From the IMG/VR virus record IMGVR_UViG_3300036940_000262: a DNA stretch of 64,000 nucleotides; one strand, given 5' to 3'. The stretch comes from an uncultured virus (IMG/VR IMGVR_UViG_3300036940_000262) (lineage: Duplodnaviria > Heunggongvirae > Uroviricota > Caudoviricetes). Under the pieces are notes generated by a model. It saw nothing but the letters and a program-made list of their open reading frames with translations. It did no database searches and was not told the origin of the DNA. Numbering within the stretch: position 1 is the stretch's first letter; every line of letters starts with the position of its first letter. This document shows, in pieces, positions 57,145-64,000 of this stretch. Made by a program: the position numbers and the translations under genes.

Positions 57145-58515
57145 GTGAGTGAGAACTTTGAAAAAGACGATATCAGTTATGCCAGACAATACCGACCTTC
57201 CACGCTAGACGGATATATTGGTAATGATAGAGTAAAAGAGACAGTGGTAAACTTACTTTCAAAAGGAAACTACCCTCAGAGTATATTATTAGAGGGTAAT
57301 ACTGGTTGTGGTAAAACTACATTATCAAGAATTGTCACCTCTTGGTATACTTGTGAGGATAAGAAAGAGGATGGTTCTCCTTGTGGTGAATGTGTGACTT
57401 GTGGGTATATGAAAGAGTATATACGGACAGGTAAGAATGAAATGTTGTCGGATATTCAAGAGATAGATACTTCTGACAAGTCTGGTAAACATGATATGGA
57501 TTCATTATTAGAGGAGATTGAATACCCTGCATACGGTGGCGGTTGGAAGGTGTATATACTTGATGAGTGCCACGCTATGAGTCAGGGAGCTGCAACAAGG
57601 CTGTTAAAGGTACTTGAGGAACCACCTGAGAAGGTTTTAATAATATTCTGCACTACAGAACCTCAAAAAATGTTAGATACGTTAAAAAACAGATGTCAAC
57701 TAAAGTTGAAAATTGTAAAACCGACTCTAAAAGAGTTAGGTAGTCTTTTAATTGGGGTGTGTAATCGGGAAGGTGTTGAGTATGACTCTGAGGGGGTAAG
57801 AATGATTTGTAGTCGTTCAGACTTTGTTATCAGGGATGCCTTAAATAACATCGAAAGAGTTATAAAAACAAGGGGTAATGCTCTAGGTACAAGTGTTTCC
57901 GATGAGTTTCTGGAGATTTCAGATAACATAATATTTGATTTCTATGATGCTTACTTAGACGGAAATGACTTTATGTACATAAATGTACTGTACAGGATTA
58001 AAACAACGTATAACTTCAAAGATTTTATGCAAGCGTTGCTCAACTTTACAATCAGAGGTGTATATGTAGTAAACTCAATACCTGTCGAGGGTTTATCTGA
58101 ACTTGAAATGAAGACATATAAAGAGGTGTTTTCTAAATTCACTCTACCTGAGCTTTCGGGGGTACTTGAAAGACTTTTAAATATAAACTCAAAAAGCACA
58201 AATATTGAAGCATCTTTAATCGCTTTTATGTATAGTGTAAACGAAAAAGAAGCTGATTTAAACATCGAGGATTCAAAAAATGAGCAGGGTACTTTTAAAA
58301 GAACACCAAAATCAAAGACAGTTGAAAATTCTATAGTAGAAGATAGAGGTGTGGTAGGTTTAGGTAAGGAGCGTGAGTTCAGGGATCAGAATATTAAGAA
58401 TCTTGAACAGCGTTCTCTAAACAGAGGTATTGAGTCTGTCAAGAAGTCTAGTAGTGATGTGGTGGATTTTGGGGATGTTTTAAATCTGTTTGAGGTAGAG
58501 AAAGTTAGGGGATAG
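57145..58515 (+). CDS. dnaX: DNA polymerase III gamma/tau (clamp loader) subunit
   Basis: ARQYRP..L...IG; GNTGCGKTT; C...PCGECVTC; VYILDECH; LLK.LEEPP; TTEPQK...T..NRC. Confidence 0.9.
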   Translation: MSENFEKDDISYARQYRPSTLDGYIGNDRVKETVVNLLSKGNYPQSILLEGNTGCGKTTLSRIVTSWYTCEDKKEDGSPCGECVTCGYMKEYIRTGKNEMLSDIQEIDTSDKSGKHDMDSLLEEIEYPAYGGGWKVYILDECHAMSQGAATRLLKVLEEPPEKVLIIFCTTEPQKMLDTLKNRCQLKLKIVKPTLKELGSLLIGVCNREGVEYDSEGVRMICSRSDFVIRDALNNIERVIKTRGNALGTSVSDEFLEISDNIIFDFYDAYLDGNDFMYINVLYRIKTTYNFKDFMQALLNFTIRGVYVVNSIPVEGLSELEMKTYKEVFSKFTLPELSGVLERLLNINSKSTNIEASLIAFMYSVNEKEADLNIEDSKNEQGTFKRTPKSKTVENSIVEDRGVVGLGKEREFRDQNIKNLEQRSLNRGIESVKKSSSDVVDFGDVLNLFEVEKVRG

Positions 58516-58531
58516 AAAGAGAGGTAAACAT

Positions 58532-59290
58532 TTGAAATCGAGGAGAATTTTTAGTTTGATGCTGTTGGTGTTAGTACTTCTAAACTGTGGGACAGTCTTA
58601 GCTGTTTCCTTAGATGATAACGTAACACCATCAGGAGGTAGTGGTGGTATAGCAGGGTACATTGAGGATTATGAACCGATAACTGATGAACAGATGACAT
58701 CAGCGGCAAATATAGCATCACCTGCTGTAAGCATTATTGGTAAGGTAGTCGGGGTAATACTTGTTCTTGTGATAGCTGGTGTTAGTGCGATAACTGCCCT
58801 AGATTTAGTCTATATTGGTATCCCACCTGTACGAGGTCTACTATACTCAGGAGGGACTACATCTGGTAACAGTGCTATGGGTAATCAAGGCATGGGCATG
58901 GGTGGTATGGGCTATGGAAGTAATCATTATGGTAGAGGTGGCATGGGCATGAACGGTATGCAACAGCCTAATAATGGTCAGGTATCCTCTTTCGGCGGTA
59001 TGCAATGGGTGTCCGATGAGGCTGTAGACTGTGTTGCCCAGGCAGGGGGTTCTGCTAATATGCAACAGCAAAATCCTTCTCAAATGATGCCAGGGATGGA
59101 TGGTGGACAGCAACCTAAAGGTACTAAGTCTGTAATCATTATGTACTTAAAAAGAAGAACTGTATTTATTGTAATCTTCATTGTGTGTTCAGTAGTTTTA
59201 TTCAGTTCAGCAGTCATGGGAACAGGGGTAAATATTGGAAACTGGATTATTAGGATTCTAGAAATGTTTAACGGGTATTCACCGTCATGA
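58532..59290 (+). CDS. Membrane protein, paralogue 1 of a three-member family (G/M/Q/N-rich loop)
   Basis: Signal peptide + TMs; DLVYIGIPPVR...WVSDEA...YLKRR. Confidence 0.75.
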   Translation: MKSRRIFSLMLLVLVLLNCGTVLAVSLDDNVTPSGGSGGIAGYIEDYEPITDEQMTSAANIASPAVSIIGKVVGVILVLVIAGVSAITALDLVYIGIPPVRGLLYSGGTTSGNSAMGNQGMGMGGMGYGSNHYGRGGMGMNGMQQPNNGQVSSFGGMQWVSDEAVDCVAQAGGSANMQQQNPSQMMPGMDGGQQPKGTKSVIIMYLKRRTVFIVIFIVCSVVLFSSAVMGTGVNIGNWIIRILEMFNGYSPS

Positions 59291-59565
59291 GTGAGTTAAC
59301 AAATCATTTTAAGAGGAAATGGTTTGGAAAAACATCATCTACAAACGATATAAAGTCTAAGATGGAATTGAAGTCACAGATAATGTCCATGTGCAACAGA
59401 GAGCTTGTAGAGAACAAAAACAAATCATTTATTTTTGAAGTTTCAGAGGATAAACTTCATTTAGCAGTTATTGTTATAACAGACGAGCCTTTAAAATCAT
59501 TATATAATATAATTCAACAAAGTGAAAGCTTATTTAAGGCAAGTCTAGTGGAGGTGGACTTATGA
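59287..59565 (+). CDS. Hypothetical protein
   Basis: ATGA overlaps at both ends. Confidence 0.65.
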   Translation: MSELTNHFKRKWFGKTSSTNDIKSKMELKSQIMSMCNRELVENKNKSFIFEVSEDKLHLAVIVITDEPLKSLYNIIQQSESLFKASLVEVDL

Positions 59566-60008
59566 TTGAGACAGTTTATAAACTTGATCAAGTATATAGA
59601 ATAAGTAAGGATTTAAAAGTTACTCAGAGGGATGTTAAAGCTATACTAGACACATACTTCAACTTATTACGCTATCAATTAGAGAACGGTAAATCAGTAA
59701 AGGTGTTAAGCATCTGTCACTTAATATCGGAGTTTGATAATGATGAGTCATTCAACACATTAGCTTTTATATCGACAGAAATCGCATCAGTATTAAAGTT
59801 AGGAAAGCATACAGTATTTGGGGTACTGAACTACTTAAATGAGCTTATCATTGACGATTTAAGAAAATCAAAAGCTTATGTGCTGTACGGTCTAATAAGA
59901 GTAGAGTTGACTTATGAATCTGTAACAGTTTTAAAGTCTAAAGTATATCAAAATATGGGTATACGGGTATACACAAGCAATAGTTTCAAAAGAAAGGTTT
60001 TAGCATGA
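59562..60008 (+). CDS. Tandem HU/IHF-like histone-like protein (putative)
   Basis: Two repeats of the HU helix-helix-strand pattern: ISKDLKVTQRDVKAILD...QLENGKSVKV and IASVLKLGKHTVFGVLN...DLRKSKAYVLYG. Confidence 0.55.
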   Translation: MIETVYKLDQVYRISKDLKVTQRDVKAILDTYFNLLRYQLENGKSVKVLSICHLISEFDNDESFNTLAFISTEIASVLKLGKHTVFGVLNYLNELIIDDLRKSKAYVLYGLIRVELTYESVTVLKSKVYQNMGIRVYTSNSFKRKVLA

Positions 60009-60697
60009 CAGGCAAAACTCACCGAATCGGTGGGGTTTTCTGTGTTTTAGGGGGGTATACATTACTATCTGCAAATGGCATGTTGTTGAGTGGTGTAAAT
60101 CCACTTTTACAACTTGGTGTTATGTATCCTTTCGCTATGTATGGTGCTATTGTATCTGACTTAGATCATCATTGGGAGTCTTGCCCATCAAAAGATTTGG
60201 TAAGCTACGGTATTAATAAGACCCTACATCTTTTTAATAAAGTAGAGGATATAACAGAGGTAGTAGCAGATGGTTCATTATTAGATGAAACTTTTTCATT
60301 TTTTAGTGTAAAGCATAGAAGTTGGCAAACACATTCTGATCTGTTTCTGTTAGTGATGATAGGGTTAATGTTTTATCTATTGACAGGCGAGGTAACGACT
60401 GCTGATCAAGTTATTATAAAGTTGATGTTTACTGGTCTTATTTTAGGCATAATTAGTCATTTAGCCTTAGATATGCTGACACCTGAAGGTGTGTGGTGTT
60501 TTGCTTTTATGGCTTTAAAAAAGCTGTCAAAGCGGTTTAAAGGGTTGCGGGATAAAATAAATCTTGTACCTAAAACAGAGTTCTTCAGTACAGGTGGGCG
60601 GTGGGAAAAGATAGTAAGAGGGGTATTATGGCTCTCTAGTTTTATCTTAGCTGTGCCTATAATACTTGCTATGTTTGGGTACAAACTAAAATTTTAA
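60005..60697 (+). CDS. Membrane metal-dependent hydrolase (YdjM-like)
   Basis: MTGKTH..GG; DLDH; HRS.QTHS; SHL.LDMLT. Confidence 0.85.
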   Translation: MTGKTHRIGGVFCVLGGYTLLSANGMLLSGVNPLLQLGVMYPFAMYGAIVSDLDHHWESCPSKDLVSYGINKTLHLFNKVEDITEVVADGSLLDETFSFFSVKHRSWQTHSDLFLLVMIGLMFYLLTGEVTTADQVIIKLMFTGLILGIISHLALDMLTPEGVWCFAFMALKKLSKRFKGLRDKINLVPKTEFFSTGGRWEKIVRGVLWLSSFILAVPIILAMFGYKLKF

Positions 60698-60707
60698 GGA
60701 GGTTCTT

Positions 60708-61571
60708 ATGTTAAAAACTAGAACAACAAATTCATTAAAAGGTTCACTATTATTTTTATTAGCATTACTTTGTACAATGCTTCCCGTATATGCAAACGTT
60801 AGTGAGGATGTAGCGATGACTAATCTTCAATCGTATGTATACAAAGCTATTTCAGGTAACAGCTATGGTTTAGAAGCAGGTGGTTCAGTTTCAGGGAGTG
60901 ATATTCTTGTATTAGATCAAACAGGTGGGACTACAAGGTACACTATGAACGAAACACAATTTACAAAGCTTTCAAAATCTGCACAGGAGGATTTTGTAAA
61001 TGATATTGCAGAATACTCTGAAGAAGCTGTGTATGTGGCCGAGAATGGTACAGGTACAGGAACATCAGTAGAAGGTGTAACAAACAGTACAGTACAAAAT
61101 TGGTGGCAACAGTTACAAACTGTAGATGGTGTAGGTACTAAGTTCTTAAACGTAATATTAGAGGACACTAAACCAGACTTTGTAACGGCAAAGAAAATAT
61201 ATTCACCTTTTGATAATGTAGTAGCTGTAATCCTAGCCCTAATCGCAATCCTAATCATGGCGCTGCTAGGGGTAGTAATGGGTGCGGATATTGCGTATAT
61301 TGTACTGCCACCCTTCAGGTTATTTGTAACTGAGAAAGACGAATCTGAAGGGGGTAAAATCCCCGTATCAAAACTAATTTCTCATGCGGCGCTATCTGCT
61401 GTAAAAGAGGGAGAAGGCGAAGAGTCAAAACAAGTTTTAGGTATCTACTTAAAAAGAAGAGTAGTAATGATTTGTTTACTTGCTATCTGTTTAATGTACT
61501 TAGTACAGGGCCAGATTTACACATTTGTTGGTTGGGTATTAGACTTAATGAACGGATTTTTAAATTTCTAA
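60708..61571 (+). CDS. Membrane protein, paralogue 2
   Basis: Signal peptide; DIAYIVLPPFR...ISHAA..AVKE...YLKRR...GQI..FVGW. Confidence 0.75.
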   Translation: MLKTRTTNSLKGSLLFLLALLCTMLPVYANVSEDVAMTNLQSYVYKAISGNSYGLEAGGSVSGSDILVLDQTGGTTRYTMNETQFTKLSKSAQEDFVNDIAEYSEEAVYVAENGTGTGTSVEGVTNSTVQNWWQQLQTVDGVGTKFLNVILEDTKPDFVTAKKIYSPFDNVVAVILALIAILIMALLGVVMGADIAYIVLPPFRLFVTEKDESEGGKIPVSKLISHAALSAVKEGEGEESKQVLGIYLKRRVVMICLLAICLMYLVQGQIYTFVGWVLDLMNGFLNF

Positions 61572-61582
61572 TATAACTGTAT

Positions 61583-61610
61583 AAGAGTGCTTTAACAGGC
61601 ACTCTTTTTT
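61583..61610 (+). terminator. Intrinsic terminator
   Basis: AAGAGTGC-tttaacag-GCACTCTT + T tract. Confidence 0.7.
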
Positions 61611-61630
61611 AATAAGGTGGTGAAATACTG

Positions 61631-62380
61631 TTGAAAAGAAAAACAGGGTTTATGTTACTAATATGGTTAACTTTATTTACATCCTGCGTTTTAGCTGATA
61701 GATTAGAGGTTGATTCAGTTACTTATATTGTAAAAAACTCAAGTGAATTAGGTTTGATATGTAGCGTTGGAAATACACAGGCAGGTGTGGAGGTGTTGGT
61801 TTATGATGGTTCTGATGGAACATTATCTTTTAGCTCAAAAAACTACTCAACACTAACTGTATTAGAAAAAAGAGAGTTTATGGAAGTGACTTTATTAAGT
61901 GTAAACTCTAGTGGTTTGAGTCCACAAGCAAAGAACAAAACATATAACTTCATAGAGGAGAAAGACTCAACTGCATCAGCGGGCGTAAAATATCTTAAAT
62001 CGGATGCTGGGGTAGATTTTGCAACAGCTGCATATCTACTAAGACCTTTTTCAGGTTTTGTTGGCATTGTACTAGGAGTAATGTCAGTCTTTATCTTTAT
62101 TATGCTAGGTGTTGTTATGGCTTCGGATTTAGCTTATATGGTATTGCCATCAGTTCGAATCATAGGTGACAGGTCTGATGGGGAGAGACCAAGATGGGTT
62201 TCAAGAGAAGCTTTCCATGCTGTGAAAGAGGCAGAGGGTTCTACAACGTATAAAGGTGTATTAGGTATGTATTTGAAATTAAAGATACCTTTGATACTTG
62301 GGATGTCTGTTTGCATGACTTATTTAATCAGTGGTAAAGTATTTGACATAATCGGGTTCTTAGTAGATGCGTTTGGGTGA
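61631..62380 (+). CDS. Membrane protein, paralogue 3
   Basis: Signal peptide; DLAYMVLPSVR...WVSREA..AVKE...YLKLK...GKV..IIGF. Confidence 0.75.
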   Translation: MKRKTGFMLLIWLTLFTSCVLADRLEVDSVTYIVKNSSELGLICSVGNTQAGVEVLVYDGSDGTLSFSSKNYSTLTVLEKREFMEVTLLSVNSSGLSPQAKNKTYNFIEEKDSTASAGVKYLKSDAGVDFATAAYLLRPFSGFVGIVLGVMSVFIFIMLGVVMASDLAYMVLPSVRIIGDRSDGERPRWVSREAFHAVKEAEGSTTYKGVLGMYLKLKIPLILGMSVCMTYLISGKVFDIIGFLVDAFG

Positions 62381-62388
62381 GGTAGATA

Positions 62389-64000
62389 ATGAATATGTTT
62401 AAAAGAATAACGAGTTTATTAGCAGTTTTTATGGTCGTACTAAACATAGTGATTCCACTGGTAGAAGTAAACGCTGCAACAGACTCTAACGGTAGAATAA
62501 GTGCATTTATTAGTTGGAGTGCGGGTAAAGAGGTAAATGTCTCAGACTTTGAAAACACTAAGTTTACTCAAAGAGATCTTCAATTCTTAGGTGTATATTT
62601 GTCAAACTTCTATGTACCATTCGGAACAGAGTTAGGTGAGAGTGACGAATTAACAGAGATGAATAAGACAGACATGGTGTCTGCGCTACAAACAAGTTTA
62701 AACTTCGATGATGCTGTAGCAACAAGTTTTGTGGAAACTATACTTGGTATGTCTCGTTCTTCATCTCAAGAGTTGAGTTTATATGTCTCTAACACTTATC
62801 AAGGGGATATGGTGTCTGTACCAGATGTACCTCTCAATTACTATACTGTACTGTCTTGCATGTTAGGTGGTCTACCAGAAATTATGGAGAGTTACGACTC
62901 TACAAATTCTGTATATGCAGGGATGAAGACAGGGTACTATCAGTATGGGTATTTTTGCACAAGTGATGGCAAGCCTGTATTTGATTTTGATCTAGATATG
63001 AGTACAATGACAGCTTCAAACACTGCTTTTATTAAGTGTTTAGAGGCTGTAGATATGGAGAACGGGTATGGTACAAGCTTCTTTGATTTTAAAGAGGGTG
63101 AGATTACAGTAGATAACGATAGTTTTAATATTATTAATGGGGAGGTAACTGACGAGCAATCGTACCAAATGTCAGCATACGGTATGCGACTATCTGTAGA
63201 CTGTTTTGGTAACTTGATCATAAACGGTGCAAATCATCAATTGATAGCTGTACCTGGGTGTATGAATCCGTATACTTGGAAAGAGGTTGATTCGGATGGT
63301 AAAGAAATTTCAGGAATAAATCATGGGGGTACTGCTTATAATTTAATTTCTGTCCCTTCTTTATCGTTGCAGACAGGTCAGGGTAGTAACAGCCTATTCA
63401 GCACTATATCAGCACCAATTGAAAGTACAACAGCAGAAGTTGTAGAGTCTGGGGATGATACAATTGTAATTGCTTTTGACGGCAAACTTGGTGAAAAGAA
63501 CCTTATTTCAGGACGATCAACATATTTGACAATGTTTAAAACGCTTTTAAATTACGGGTTTGGTGGGGAAGATGGCGTAGAGGATCTTTACACAATTGGC
63601 TGGAACGGAAATTCTTTGACAATAAGCGGTAAAGCTTCAGATTTGGTAAAAATGAATCCAAACAGGCTTGATTATGATGTACTTGATTCAGATCCAGATA
63701 AGTACGGAGTGATAAGAGGTGTAAAGAACAATTTCGCCCAGTATTTAGATCCCGGTGTGTCTGGCAATTGGCAGACAATAGACAGTAACTTAACCAAAAT
63801 TTACACTGAAGCACAAAACAAGTTATCTGGTTCTTCTGATGATTCTTCTGCAGTATCAAACACAAAAACAGGTGAAGTTACAATTGATGCTTTGAAAAAA
63901 CACTTAAATAATATGGTTGGTAAAACATATCCTATATTGATGCCCTCTGTAGATGCTGAATATAGTTTTAGAGTTCTTCGAGGAGATAGTGAAACAGCAA
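62389..64000 (+). CDS. Large secreted/membrane protein, N-terminal part (runs off window; absent from ORF track)
   Basis: GAGGT RBS; MNMFKRITSLLAVFMVVLNIVIPLVEVNAA signal peptide; frame appears open to the window end. Confidence 0.75.
   Translation, partial: MNMFKRITSLLAVFMVVLNIVIPLVEVNAATDSNGRISAFISWSAGKEVNVSDFENTKFTQRDLQFLGVYLSNFYVPFGTELGESDELTEMNKTDMVSALQTSLNFDDAVATSFVETILGMSRSSSQELSLYVSNTYQGDMVSVPDVPLNYYTVLSCMLGGLPEIMESYDSTNSVYAGMKTGYYQYGYFCTSDGKPVFDFDLDMSTMTASNTAFIKCLEAVDMENGYGTSFFDFKEGEITVDNDSFNIINGEVTDEQSYQMSAYGMRLSVDCFGNLIINGANHQLIAVPGCMNPYTWKEVDSDGKEISGINHGGTAYNLISVPSLSLQTGQGSNSLFSTISAPIESTTAEVVESGDDTIVIAFDGKLGEKNLISGRSTYLTMFKTLLNYGFGGEDGVEDLYTIGWNGNSLTISGKASDLVKMNPNRLDYDVLDSDPDKYGVIRGVKNNFAQYLDPGVSGNWQTIDSNLTKIYTEAQNKLSGSSDDSSAVSNTKTGEVTIDALKKHLNNMVGKTYPILMPSVDAEYSFRVLRGDSETA

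Noticed and set aside
658..63865. Numerous minus-strand ORFs in the track (e.g. 14557-15072, 15076-15528, 30206-30652, 60917-61258)
   Set aside because: Antisense shadows of longer + strand genes; only phd and doc are credible on the minus strand
1..64000. Prophage or virion module
   Set aside because: No terminase, portal, capsid, tail or integrase recognised in the window

Overview
AT-rich, gene-dense window with almost every credible gene on the + strand. It looks like part of a large extrachromosomal element (megaplasmid or giant phage-like replicon) of a Clostridia-type host. The host is inferred from three ChW-repeat proteins. No rRNA, tRNA, CRISPR array, capsid, terminase or recognisable Rep gene is visible. 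About 1-43 kb is accessory cargo: a toxin-antitoxin cluster (YefM-YoeB, orphan HicB, Phd-Doc, MazEF), an IS607 element (TnpA+TnpB), a Zn/Mn ABC transporter, ChW/InlB-B surface proteins, an M23 peptidase, two tandem orphan Dam-like methylases, dTMP kinase, PP2C plus Ser/Thr kinase, an ArdC-like protein coupled to a WGR-PARP, and a HipA-like kinase plus metallophosphoesterase. About 43.5-64 kb looks like a backbone of mostly unknown genes, with a 5'-3' exonuclease, DnaX, a tandem HU-like protein and three paralogous membrane proteins. Signals outside the gene annotation: (1) 14 promoters sharing an AAC(T/A)(A/G)GGT(A) box exactly 21 nt upstream of a -10 hexamer, suggesting an element-specific regulon; (2) two related, highly structured candidate ncRNAs at 37.6-38.3 kb under that promoter, with a compensatory base pair and a shared predicted pseudoknot; (3) a strongly over-represented, strand-polar GGGGTA hexamer throughout the window. 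All family calls come from motif recognition by eye, not from database searches.
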